Source: Amphiscolops sp. MND2022 (lineage: Eukaryota). From it: a stretch of 64,000 nt of DNA. The stretch is taken from assembly GCA_964187785.1 (NCBI GenBank), contig OZ076413.1, forward strand, positions 73,036,001-73,100,000. The letters run 5' to 3'. The notes under the pieces were generated by a model that saw only the letters and a list, made by a program, of their open reading frames with translations, had not been told where the DNA came from and ran no database searches. The position numbers and the translations under genes were made by a program. Below, piece by piece: positions 1 through 11,864 of this stretch. Each line of letters starts with the position of its first letter. Within the stretch, counting starts at the first letter, position 1.

Positions 1-119
1 TCCGCGTTGAGTGTTTCATGAGTGGTTAATAAATGATTGCTGGTGTCGTCAATTCGGGGTGAAGTCTATGTGACAACCGGTTTCCTGTCCGCGTTGAGTG
101 TTTCATGAGTGGTTAATAA
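1..119. repeat. Tail of 87-bp tandem satellite array (continues off the window start)
   Basis: Unit tccgcgttgagtgtttcatgagtggttaataaatgattgctggtgtcgtcaattcgggg... starts at 1 and again at 88. Confidence 0.9.
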
Positions 120-357
120 ATTTGTTGTGGAATCTAAGACAGAAAAATGCCGACAGCTGTCTCGGTTTCCACGGCACGCCTAATGTTTTAAGTATATGTT
201 AGGGATTCCACAGAATTGCGTTGACGGTGTCTCGAATTCCACAAAACTAGTGGAATTCAATCAATGTTGCACGTTTAAAGACATGTCTGTTAAATCTAAC
301 GGGTTGAACGCACAAAATTGTGTTTGTAGAAAATAGGCTTGTCAATGCACTGTAATG
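120..357. mobile_element. Right terminus of an element related to the giant CATTA-terminal transposon (second copy at 1576-1813)
   Basis: Ends in GCACTGTAATG (347-357), identical to the last 11 nt of the 21266-21285 TIR. It is preceded by GTGGAATC, GATTCCAC and GAATTCCAC half-palindromes like the subterminal repeats of the giant element. Confidence 0.55.
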
Positions 358-703
358 TTGAACGGAATTATTGGGACCTTCCCTTTATGTTATCTAGGAG
401 ACCGATTGCGTATTCCTAGGATTGCGTCAACCCTAATGCGTCATGTTTTGGTTTTCTAAAACTTCGAGGTTTGTTTCTTTTGCATTGTTCTTCAGAAAGT
501 CTATTGTAAAGACTTTCTATATTGCAGTAAATTCTATATCCTTAGCTCCTGGTGAAGATGTTTGCGATGAGCAATTGAAATTTGGTTTTAACCCTAAACG
601 AGCCGGGCGTTTTTGCAACTTTTCAAAAAAAATTAAATCATCAATATCTGCACAACTACGCACAACTACCAGAGGAACGAACTATAGCGCGTTTGAAAGG
701 CCT

Positions 704-1575
704 GGTGTCGTCAATTCGGTCTGAAGTCTATGTGACAACCGGTTTCATGTCCGCGTTGAGTGTTTCATGAGTGGTTAGTAAATGATTGCTGGTGTCGTCA
801 ATTCGGGCTGAAGTCTATGTGACAACCGGTTTTATGTCCGCGTTGATTGTTTCATGAGTGGTTAATAAATGATTGCTGGTGTCTTCAATTCGGGCTGAAG
901 TCTATGTGACAACCGGTTTCATGTCCGCGTTGAGTGAAGTCGTGTCCGCGTTGAGTGGTTAATAAATGATTGCTGGTGTCGTCAATTCGGGCTGAAGTCT
1001 ATGTGACAACCGGTTTCATGTCCGCGTTGAGTGTTTCATGAGTGGTTAATAAATGATTGCTGGTGTCGTCAATTCGGGCTGAAGTCTATGTGACAACCGG
1101 TTTCATGTCCGCGTTGAGTGTTTCATGAGTGGTTAAAAAAGGATTGCTGGTGTCGTCAATTCGTGCTGAAGTCTATGTGACAACCGATTTCATGTAAGCG
1201 TTGAGTGTTTCATGTGTGGTTAATAAATGATTGCTGGTGTCGTCAATTCGGGCTGAAGTCTATGTGACAACCCGTTTCATGTCCGCGTTGAGTGTTTCAT
1301 GAGTGGGTTAATAAATGATTGCTGGTGTCGTCAATTCGGGCTGAAGTCTATGTGACAACCGGTTTCATGTCCGCGTTGAGTGTTTCATGAGTGGTTAATA
1401 AATGATTGCTGGTGTCGTCAATTCGGGCTGAAGTCCATGTGACAACCGGTTTCATGTCCGCGTTGAGTGTTTCATGAGTGGTTAATAAATGATTGCTGGT
1501 GTCGTCAATTCGGGGTGAAGTCTATGTGACAGCCGGTTTCCTGTCCGCGTTGAGTGTTTCATGAGTGGTTAATAA
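704..1575. repeat. 87-bp tandem satellite, about 10 copies
   Basis: The tccgcgttga anchor recurs at 750, 837, 924, 1021 (irregular unit), 1108, ~1195, ~1282, 1370, 1457 and 1544. Units are near-identical and have no spacers. Confidence 0.95.
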
Positions 1576-2047
1576 ATTTGTTGTGGAATCTAAGACAGAA
1601 AAATGCCGACAGCTGTCTCGGTTTCCACGGCACGCCTAATGTTTTAAGTATATGTTAGGGATTCCACAGAATTGCGTTGACGGTGTCTCGAATTCCACAA
1701 AACTAGTGGAATTCAATCAATGTTGCACGTTTAAAGACATGTCTGTGGAATCTAACGGGTTGCACGCACAAAATTGTGTTTGTAGAAAATAGGCTTGTCA
1801 ATGCACTGTAATGCTGAACGGAATTATTGGGACCTTCCCTTTATGTTATCTAGGAGACCGATTGCGTATCCCTAGGATTGCGTCAACCCTAATGCGTCAT
1901 GTTTTGGTTTTCTAAACCTTCGAGGTTTGTTTCTTTCGCATTGTTTTTCAGAAAGTCTATTGTAAAGACTTTCTATAATGCAGTAAATTCTACATCCTCA
2001 GCTCCTGGTGAAGATGTTTGCGATGAGCAATTGAAATTTGGTTTTAA

Positions 2048-2560
2048 CCCTAAACGACCCGGGCGTTTTTGCAACTTTTCAAAAAAAATTAAATCGTCAA
2101 TATCTGCACAACTACGCACAACTACCAGAGGAACGAACTATAGCGCGTTTGAAAGGCCTGGTATTGGGCTTTCATTTTGGTCAGGTGAGTCCCTGTTGCC
2201 GCTGGCCCTTCGCGGCAGTTCCGCACTCTCTGGTAATTACAGGTTAGTTTTGGGATTTGTTGCGTAAGAACTTGATATGCAAGTGCCTGGGGTTGGTTTT
2301 TACTATGGAAAAGATTTTTTGAGAAAACTGGATTTCACCAAAAAGTGAATTTTAGAAAAAATAACAATTTGTCGTGCAAAAATCCCATTTTTCTTAATTT
2401 TGGAGATATATTCACTTTTCCTAATGCTTGTGCCATTCAAACCAATCTAGTTACCAAGGAATTGTTGGAAAAAACTGTGCTAGAGAATATGGGCTACTGG
2501 CAAAACGGATTAGAAATTGAAAAAAAATGTGACTTTAAAGTACCGTTGGGTCGTTTAGAG
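2048..2560. mobile_element. Non-autonomous piggyBac-like MITE (~513 bp); truncated left-end copy at 592-708
   Basis: TTAA|CCCTAAACGACCC (2048-2060) and GGGTCGTTTAGAG|TTGA (2548-2560) form a 12/13 inverted repeat with TTAA and degenerate TTGA flanks. Confidence 0.65.
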
Positions 2561-3212
2561 TTGAAGTCATCAAAAATTTCCTTTTTTGACTTATATATAT
2601 CCGAACGTTTTGGGATAATTTCCTGATTGCGATCAAGTTTTCGATTTTTTGTGAAGGTACATCAACATCGACATCGTGATCAATTTGACCAAGCTGGTGC
2701 ATAATAATTGTTGTTGTGACTAGTCTTTTCTATTTGCATGTTCTTTTCTATTCCAAATCTGACGGGACTGTGTTTTTAATGAACAACACCACTGTTCCAG
2801 TCTATTCTGGAACAGTAGTGCTGTTTGAGACGCATAAAAACTTCCTAAAACCTATTAACCCATTATCCCGCTTCGATTCAATTTGCAACAAAGAGCGCTT
2901 ACTAACATGTAGCGCCTCATTGCAGTCAGTTTGAAAACTTCGTCAGGTTGTAGACTTGAAAGTTTCTGTCACTTTTCTAGCAAAAATTGGTCTTTGAACA
3001 AACAATGCCTTTCGTCTGTTTTTTTTGGAAAAACTTTCATCACATTTGGTTGAAGAACTTTCTTCTTCATCCTTTTTAACTACCTTCTTTTAAAAGAGTC
3101 TTGCAGCCTGGAGCAACTTCTGCGAAATGCGGAAAAAACTGTTTTTATCAGTAGACAAGAAAATACTTTTGATATCTCGAAAATTCCTCTGGAAACCTTT
3201 GAATGAACTCAC

Positions 3213-3862
3213 CTAACTCCCGTAGTTTTGGAGTAAAAGTTGTTGTAGTGCACTTCCAAGAGGCCCAGAGTTATTGAGATTGACGTGATTGTAACCAAAG
3301 CAGCCGCTAGCACTTTATGATGACTCGACGTGAGTGAGAGAGAAGGTCGGCACACTAACAGGTATCTCACGAAAGCCGTGGCTGTCAAACAAATCCCAGT
3401 GCTGTATTCATTTAGAAAAGTTCGCAGCTCCAAAAGCACACAACCCAGTAACCCACCAACCCAGTGAAGGTTTTCAAAATCCACAAAATGAACATACGGA
3501 GGACCCATGAGATCATCTCTGGCGAAGTGTTTCTGTTTTGCATAGTATTTGTCCATAAGTTTCCACTCATAGATCCCATTCGCAACTCCAGGGCCACATA
3601 TGTCAATCAAACCTTGCATAATTACTGGAAAAAATGTCCAAGATCGAAAATCATTATGTCTTAGAAGAAACGCAAGAAGCAGCATGTTGAATGCAACAGA
3701 TTGGATACTGAAATAGGTGCACAGACCGAGTTTCAGTTTCATTATGTTTAGGAAAAACTCATCTACGCGAAGTCCGTCTTCATTTTTTATCATGTAGAAC
3801 CATTCATCCTGATAACCAAGGCTGGCAACTGGGGTTGCCGTCGAGCTGTTATTGATGCCCAT
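3213..3862 (-). CDS. First coding exon of a divergent rhodopsin-like (class A) GPCR, TM1-TM4
   Basis: Open 217-codon frame from ATG with an N-terminal NNS sequon and four hydrophobic helices. TM3 ends TAFVRYLLVC (DRY-like), with an extracellular Cys before TM3. A canonical AG|GTGAGT donor lies at 3213/3212. TM5-7 exons were not located. Confidence 0.72.
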
Positions 3863-4159
3863 GATTGCACAAGCGTGAAGGAGCTGGCAAAGAATGAACT
3901 GACCGAGTTGATCGTAACAGAATGCAGTTTAATGCACTCTCAAGACTGATGTTTTCACTTTGTAGGTTTTTGTGGAGGAGCGTTAAATGTTTAACTTTGA
4001 AGGCTTGTGGGTGCTCACAGTTTGTTGGTTCAAACCGTTCAAAGAAGTTTTCAAATGCGGGATTTTTGTCCGTACTGGGTCAACTTGCAATCCTGAAAAA
4101 AACTATAGAACCTGAGAGTCCATTACAGTGCCAAAAGTGGTTATTTTGAATTTTTCTTT

Positions 4160-4350
4160 GCAGTGAATTTCGCTGCAATGCATTGGATTCCACTATCAAA
4201 TACCTTAAACATTCGGATCTTGCAGTGGATTCCACTTAACACGAAACGTGGATTCCACTAAACGCAGCAGTGGACTCCGCCGATGGCCGCAGTGGAATCC
4301 ACCATTGGCTGTAGTGGACCCCACTGCAGTGTTTTAGTGGAATTCACTGA
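4160..4350. repeat. Left subterminal cluster of GTGGAWTCCAC palindromes
   Basis: Exact copies at 4225, 4248 and 4292, plus several variants (gtggactccgc, gtggaccccac, gtggaattcac). Confidence 0.85.
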
Positions 4351-4709
4351 ATTCTTTCAATACCAACCTACAAAAGCTATCAACCATCGAAAAGAACTGG
4401 AGTTAGTGTACTTCAGTGCCTAAAAGTGTTTCCTTCACGTGTTCAGTTTTGAGAATGAGGAACATTTTCAGAATCAGCAAGTGTCACAAAAAGCAGAATT
4501 CATGTTTTCTTCATTTGGTTCAAAATTATTACTACAGAGTTTTTGTCAATCAATTTATTTTGATACTCGCACCGCTTTGCCTCTTTAGTTTGACTTACTT
4601 TTTTCATTCTTTGATTGAATCAAACTTCCCAGCTGACTGCAACGGGTATCTTATCAATTCTACCAATCTACAAGTTCAAATTCAGTCATCTAATAAATTT
4701 TAGAGTAGC

Positions 4710-5170
4710 GTCAAATCACTGTTAGTCAATTTGTTGCATGCTGAATATGATGCTACTTCAGAATTTATTACATCAAAAGAGTGGATATCAAAATTTCACC
4801 CACAGCTTATCCGTATATTTTAGGTATAACAAGTTTTCGTTTTCCAATCACCTCATGGTGGATACCAAAATTTCAAAGTAAATTACAAGCCGAATGATGA
4901 ATGAAAATCAACTTATTGTTCTCAAATTCAAATTAAAATTTCGTCCTCTAATAGACTTTAAAGTAAAGTCATATCACTGTTAGTCAAAATGCATGATGCT
5001 ACTTCAGAATTTATTACATCAAACTAGTAGATATCAAAATTTCACAGACAGCTCTTGCGTGTACTTTAGGTATAACTAGTTTTCATTTTCCAATTATCTC
5101 AAGGTGGATACCAAAATTTCAAATTAAATTACAAGCCGGAAGATGAATGGAAATCAAATTATTGTTCTCT
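4710..5170. repeat. Diverged ~250-bp direct duplication inside the giant element
   Basis: tcactgttagtcaa...gatgctacttcagaatttattacatcaaa...ggtggataccaaaatttcaaa occurs at ~4716 and ~4974. Confidence 0.85.
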
Positions 5171-5269
5171 ATCAATATCTCTACCCCTCATCTAGATTTA
5201 TGCGAAGAAGACGTTGCAAGGATTCACTGAAATTGTTATTCACGGTGTTTTGTTCCGGTGTTACGAAAA

Positions 5270-6365
5270 CAAAAACATTTGTATCTGTAGCAATCAGTGT
5301 TTAAATACAAAATCGCAATTGAAATTAAAACGAAAGTAGTGAACAATTGAATACAAAACAACGAAAAGATAATCGTTTTGAAAACGCAGCCGAGTGTTCT
5401 GACGATTCTATCAGTCAAATATCGGCTGGGAATCTTCACGTTCCTGGAAAAGTTGATTGGCAATAGGGTCATTGCATTCAAAACGGAGCTGCTCAAATGG
5501 TAGAACATCCCGTGTATCTCGGAACACTACAATCTTATTGCCATTTTGAAACAACTATATCAATGTAGGCTTCGTGTTGGCGCCGTTTGATTTCAACTGC
5601 GAGTGGTTGGCAAGGCGTTCAGGGCAGCAAATATTTGGGTGAAGGGGGCAAATCTCTTTCGAGGCATCAATGATTCTTCTAGAAGCGCCACTTTTAACCT
5701 CCAGAACGAACTCCTGTTCCACACCTTCTTTCTCGAGGACTTGGCTCAATGACACGTTCAAATACACCTCGCCATGATTTTTCATTAAAATGTCGTCCTT
5801 TGAAACTTTCTGTGTGGCAATCACACATCTACCAAGTTTTGTCATTTTGGCGAAACCTAAACAGATTCCAGGCTACAGCTGTGTCTCACATTGTTGCGAC
5901 AACATAATTTGTGCTTCATACGGCAAATTATGGGCCAGTCCAGCATACCGAATTCCACTGCTCTCAGGTACCTGCGAGGATTTTCTAATTGACTGGTTGT
6001 TAGAGAGAATCAATAACTGCGCTGTCACTTTTTTCACGTCCTGGTTCTTATCCTCTAGCGAAGTCCAATTTTGTCGCTGGAAAAATGCCGTCACTCTTGA
6101 CTCAAGGCAGTTAGTAGCAACTTTCCCAGAAATGTGTTCAAAGTATAGCAATGTCCTGGCTTACTGGCGGGTGTACCTCTGCTGGTCTTGGCGGGCGCGA
6201 ACAGCGTTTCTCACCCCATTTTTGTCGAAACCTTTGACATTTGATAGAACCAAAGTCGTTGCATGTTTCAGCTTGGCGATTTTGAAGCAGGGGTCATTGG
6301 GAAGTGGCATCAGTTCCGCGACTTTACTTTTCAATGTATTTTGATCTTTCTTTTCTTTTTTTTTG
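5270..6365 (-). pseudogene. Disrupted cargo ORF of unknown function, downstream of and probably part of the 327-aa gene
   Basis: The KKKEKKDQNTLK... segment and ORFs 5873-6151 and 5555-5845 share one frame, separated by single stop codons. A plausible 53-nt GT-AG intron at 6366-6418 would link it to the upstream exon, but it is out of phase by 1 nt at an A9 run. Confidence 0.5.
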
Positions 6366-6392
6366 CTTGAAATGAAAAGATCGAAAACATAT

Positions 6393-7395
6393 TTAACGCA
6401 TATTTAAGTCCGTTTTACCAATTGAATTCACAAAAACTAACTCTGTATTAATTGGACGTTTGTCGTCTTTTTCGTATCGAACAATGGCTAATTTGGTGTC
6501 GTTGGGATCAAAAAATGGCCGAATTTGTGTAAAATATACTTTCAATGCTTCAACAAAATTTCCGGGTACTTTGTGAACTGTTCGTTCCGTTGATCCAATT
6601 GTGTGTTCCACACAGAGATTGAAGGCGTCGCTCAGTAAGTTTTCTTCGTGATCCATCACGATTTGCACAACTGAATGTACCGAGACATTCCTGATGGAAC
6701 TTTCAAGCATAGGTGGTACCGCAAAATAGAACAGGGTTGTAATTATGCATCGAAAGAGTTCCAACTTTGCTTTTTGTACTACTCCCACGTCTTCTTTCGA
6801 TGCCTTCACATGTTTAGTCAACGTGCTTTCGTACACGTTGTTGTCAAAGTAAGTAACTTTCGCGCATTTGGATGGGCTATCACCTAAATTATCCTCACTG
6901 CACTGGGAGTCATATGGACGCTTCTCGGGTAGCTCATTGAGCAGGGATGACACATTGTTCGGGGGCGCATTGCTTTGGGGTGGCCCGTTCTGGTGAGGCA
7001 GTAAATTCCGTGACGGAGGGGCCTGTTGCAAGAAGTTCTGAGGCGGCAAAGGAATCTGAGTCAGATTGTGAGCATTCCGCAGTAAATTTTCTAGAGGTTC
7101 GGTGGGCGTGTGTTCAATCAAGTGCTCGATCCCATCAGAGTTCATCATTCTAGTTGCACTGAACAAACCCTCCTCGTGGGCCGATGGAATTGGCGAGCAA
7201 GCTGGCTGACAATACAGGAGTGCATTATTGAGTAAATCTGGTGGCACGTTCCAGTCGGTAGATCGTTGATGCGAGTATTGCACAGGCGTAGATGTCTGAG
7301 ATGGACACAAGAGTGTCGATTCGAGATTTGAAATTTTGTCAGGCATGCTGGAATTATTCATAACTTTGGAGCACAAATCTTGACAGTGGATTTCG
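6393..7395 (-). CDS. Orphan cargo exon (~330 codons; Pro/Gln-rich middle, predicted helical C-terminus), copy A
   Basis: Stop-free for 327+ codons. It is preceded by a strong acceptor (CTAAC branch point, tttcttttcctt, CAG at 7398-7396). No domain recognised. Confidence 0.65.
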
Positions 7396-8167
7396 CTGAA
7401 GGAAAAGAAAGTTTTGTTAGTTTTTTTGAAAAAGCATCATTTTTCTAATTAGCAGAAGAGTCGATTTTACCTAATAAACTAATAACTTCAACCAGTAAAT
7501 GTTATCAGGTTTAATACGGTGATTGAGTCTTTCCAGGACTCAAATACCTCTTTGAATATATTAATACTCACTAGATAATTTAATTGCTAGTGATAATTCT
7601 TTTATTAAGCTCTCGAAAGGGAATGACACCTCCTTTTAGGTCCATCACCGTGAATTTAGCCTCATATTTTGCGCAAGTTTTGTGTTGGCACCTGGTAGTC
7701 ACTTTGCACAAATTTGAATAGTTTCTCCTCAGAGGAAATTCACGTGTTTCTTCCCGTTGAAGTCAACTTTAAACTCCACTACAATGCTTTTGCATAGTTT
7801 TAAATTATACGAAATTGTTCCAATCCTCGACCCCGAAACTTATATTTGTCGCTGGAAAAATGCCGTCACTCTTGACTCAAGGCAGTTAGTAGCAACTTTC
7901 CCAGAAATGTGTTCAAAGTATAGCAATGTCCTGGCTTACTGGCGGGTGTACCTCTGCTGGTCTTGGCGGGCGCGAACAGCGTTTCTCACCCCATTTTTGT
8001 CGAAACCTTTGACATTTGAAAGAACCAAAGTCGTTGCATGTTTCAGCTTGGCGATTTTGAAGCAGGGGTCATTGGGAAGTGGCATCAGTTCCGCGACTTT
8101 ACTTTTCAATGTATTTTGATCTTTCTTTTCTTTTTTTTTGCTTGAAATGAAAAGATCCAAAACATAT

Positions 8168-9170
8168 TTAACGCATATTTAAGTCCGTTTTACCAATTGA
8201 ATTCACAAAAACTAACTCTGTATTAATTGGACGTTTGTCGTCTTTTTCGTATCGAACAATGGCTAATTTGGTGTCGTTGGGATCAAAAAATGGCCGAATT
8301 TGTGTAAAATATACTTTCAATGCTTCAACAAAATTTCCGGGTACTTTGTGAACTGTTTGTTCCGTTGATCCAATTGTGTGTTCCACACAGAGATTGAAGG
8401 CGTCGCTCAGTAAGTTTTCTTCGTGATCCATCACGATTTGCACAACTGAATGTACCGAGACATTCCTGATGGAACTTTCAAGCATAGGTGGTACCGCAAA
8501 ATAGAACAGGGTTGTAATTATGCATCGAAAGAGTTCCAACTTTGCTTTTTGTACTACTCCCACGTCTTCTTTCGATGCCTTCACATGTTTAGTCAACGTG
8601 CTTTCGTACACGTTGTTGTCAAAGTAAGTAACTTTCGCGCATTTGGATGGGCTATCACCTAAATTATCCTCACTGCACTGGGAGTCATATGGACGCTTCT
8701 CGGGTAGCTCATTGAGCAGGGATGACACATTGTTCGGGGGCGCATTGCTTTGGGGTGGCCCGTTCTGGTGAGGCAGTAAATTCCGTGACGGAGGGGCCTG
8801 TTGCAAGAAGTTCTGAGGCGGCAAAGGAATCTGAGTCAGATTGTGAGCATTCCGCAGTAAATTTTCTAGAGGTTCGGTGGGCGTGTGTTCAATCAAGTGC
8901 TCGATCCCATCAGAGTTCATCATTCTAGTTGCACTGAACAAACCCTCCTCGTGGGCCGATGGAATTGGCGAGCAAGCTGGCTGACAATACAGGAGTGCAT
9001 TATTGAGTAAATCTGGTGGCACGTTCCAGTCGGTAGATCGTTGATGCGAGTATTGCACAGGCGTAGATGTCTGAGATGGACACAAGAGTGTCGATTCGAG
9101 ATTTGAAATTTTGTCAGGCATGCTGGAATTATTCATAACTTTGGAGCACAAATCTTGACAGTGGATTTCG
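8168..9170 (-). CDS. Orphan cargo exon, copy B
   Basis: Identical to copy A except TERTV/TEQTV; offset 1775 bp. Confidence 0.65.
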
Positions 9171-9558
9171 CTGAAGGAAAAGAAAGTTTTGTTAGTTTTT
9201 TTGAAAAAGCATCATTTTTCTAATTAGCAGAAGAGTCGATTTTACCTAATAAACTAATAACTTCAACCAGTAAATGTTATCAGGTTTAATACGGTGATTG
9301 AGTCTTTCCAGGACTCAAATACCTCTTTGAATATATTAATACTCACTAGATAATTTAATTGCTAGTGATAATTCTTTTATTAAGCGCTCGAAAGGGAATG
9401 ACACCTCCTTTTAGGTCCATCACCGTGAATTTAGCCTCATATTTTGCGCAAGTTTTGTGTTGGCACCTGGTAGTCACTTTGCACAAATTTGAATAGTTTC
9501 TCCTCAGAGGAAATTCACGTGTTTCTTCCCGTTGAAGTCAACTTTAAACTCCACTACA

Positions 9559-10769
9559 ATGCTTTTGCATAGTTTTAAATTATACGAAATTGTTCCAATC
9601 CTCGACCCCGAAACTTATATTTGGAAGTCTGCGAAGATAATAGCGTTCACAACTGATTGGTGTCTGAAAATCCCATGGATCGACTGGAGCACTCGTCTGC
9701 AGGCAATAGAAAATCCGCTAGAATTGCGTCCTGGCCGAAATAGGTGGAGCATTAGAAAAGCCCGACATTCGCAACCAGTCATGTCGAAGAAGCGTTCTAA
9801 ACCCCTGTCGTATAACCCAAACCGACTGCAAAATAACGAGCCCGTGCAATTTTGGCTACCCGAATGTGATTTTGTGGGGCATTGTTTTATTGATTCCCAT
9901 GAAAAAATTAAAACGGGATTTATTTCGACGAATGACCCAATTACCCATGAGTGTGTCGTGGAGATGGACGAAATGTTTAGATTTATCCCCTATTGTTACT
10001 TGAAGAACTCAGTGGAAAACACCCATGTCACGATGAGAAAGCAGAAGACGGCGATGAAGCTGAAGATGCGAGGCAGGAACATCGGGAAGAACCAAAACAG
10101 AAATGAACTTGAACACAAACACCGGAAATAGACTTTTCAACATTGATCCCGAAAAGCCCTGTTGATGTCAAATTAAGCTATGTACCATGTGTCAATGGGA
10201 TTTGTCAAAGAGGATCCATCATTACTTTGTCTGGAATGGAATTCAAAGCCGAAGATTTGTACTACAGTGCGCAGAAGTTGAAATCATTTGCAATAATAGT
10301 ATTCGTGGACGATGAAGACTGCGAACTTAGGATGCCGGTCAACAACGGTTCGTTGAAGATCTCGGACTATTTGAAAAACATGGAATAAAGTTTTTTCACT
10401 CTTGATAATGATGTTGATAGAACGTTTGCAGTCTTTTCGACAATCAAGAGATGTGTTGGTTTGTCGTTCAACAAATCATCAAATGTGACAAATATGATCC
10501 CTGCAACTGAGCTCACAAAACGTGTCTGTGGGTTCAAGTCGGACTCAAGCAAAGAAACCGTGAAAATTTCAAAAGAAGTTGAAACAGGAAACTTGGGAAG
10601 CTATAACAGCTTAGATTGTATATTGGGCAAGAACTGTGACATCATTCCAGATATGCTTGAAGATGAGCCTGCCACATTGATCAAGATTTTGAAATTCACG
10701 GCGCAACTTTTTGATGTTCTCAATCAGATGCCACATAACGACAACCGAAAGTTACTACAAAAAACTTGA
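9559..10769 (+). pseudogene. Disrupted ~400-codon cargo ORF, divergent from the 327-aa gene, function unknown
   Basis: ATG at 9559 is open to 10131, followed by a frameshift. 10143-10388 and 10461-10769 share one frame, separated by a single stop. Confidence 0.5.
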
Positions 10770-11179
10770 AGATCATCGACGAAGCTTTAGACAAAACAAC
10801 CAACATGCGCACATTGAATACTTTGTTGCCAATGACCAATAGGGGTAGCATTTTTGGTATCCACCGTGAGTAAGTGTGCGATTAGGTCTCCAAAAAACGT
10901 CTGTTTTGTTACCTTAAATAAACTGAATGGTATTTCTATTGGTATCGTTCAAATAAAGTTCTTTTTTCTTAAATCGATTGTTACAGTAATTTTGTCCTTG
11001 TTACAGTAATTGATGTCGAAAAAGTTTTTTTACTTGTGACTACATTCTTGAGAAAATCGCCAGTAGTTAATTTCAAATAATGCGTTTCCCACTTGCGTAA
11101 TAATGATTTATTACTTAGATTGTGACACTTTCCAAACTTTCGGTACAAACGTTTTTTTAAATATGAAACCAGAAACGGT

Positions 11180-11465
11180 AGGTGGATTTGACTAACATAT
11201 GCAAATACATTGGCAGTGGATTCCACAAACAAATCCTTAAACATTTGCAAACCATTTCAAAAGGGGTACATTCAGTGAATTATTAGTTCTAAATTGACTT
11301 AATTTTCTTTTGCAGTGGATTCCACTATTCTGGAAAATAGTCTTCATCCTGCGAAAAGTGGTTTGTGGAATCGACTAACGTATACCAATACATTGGGAGT
11401 GGATTCCACAAACAAATCTTTACACACTTGCAAACCAGTTCAAAAGGGGGTATATTCGGGGTATG
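11180..11465 (+). repeat. Internal inverted-repeat arm L (~1.5 copies of a ~184-bp monomer)
   Basis: aatacattgg(c/g)agtggattccacaaacaaat occurs at ~11205 and ~11388. The segment is the reverse complement of 15720-16045. Confidence 0.85.
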
Positions 11466-11864
11466 TTTCAGGCTACTGGAAATCAGCCATATTATCAAGA
11501 TAGTCAAGATCACGAATAAGCTTTCAATTCTAAGCTAAAGAGTTTGATCAATATAAAAACTAATAAATTATAAAAGTTTCTTCAAGTAGTTCATCATAGT
11601 GAGGTCTTCTCAAGGCTTTTTTTACAGTGGAGGCTTGTTGCGAAGGCCAGCTTGTAGAGAGCAATTTTCTTGCTCAAAAACTCTTTGAGAGTGTCGCAAC
11701 TTGCAAAGGGAGGCAGCAGTGTGTCTAAACAGATCATAATGATGCGGTTTGCAATTTTTTTCAACAGATTTAATCTTTTTCCGATAGTGTAGTGGTCAAA
11801 TACCTATGTAGAGTTTAAGATCAAGATTTCAAAAATTATGACATCACCAATTGTGGCTCCTATC

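Larger units (their letters stand above)
1..2164. repeat. 1456-bp tandem duplication (satellite + unique 584-bp segment)
   Basis: 120-708 is repeated at 1576-2164 with few substitutions (ORFs at 443 and 1899 are paralogous; offset 1456). The junction shares CTGGT. Confidence 0.92.
6070..9623. repeat. 1775-bp near-identical tandem duplication
   Basis: 6070-7844 is repeated at 7845-9619. TTTG is shared at 6070, 7845 and 9620. Only a handful of substitutions are visible. Confidence 0.95.

Noticed and set aside
586-600. Telomeric TAACCC(T) motif
   Set aside because: It is a single occurrence, better explained as the TTAA|CCCT end of the piggyBac-like MITE.
704-1575. CRISPR array
   Set aside because: The units are contiguous 87-bp repeats with no unique spacers, there are no cas genes, and the context is eukaryotic.
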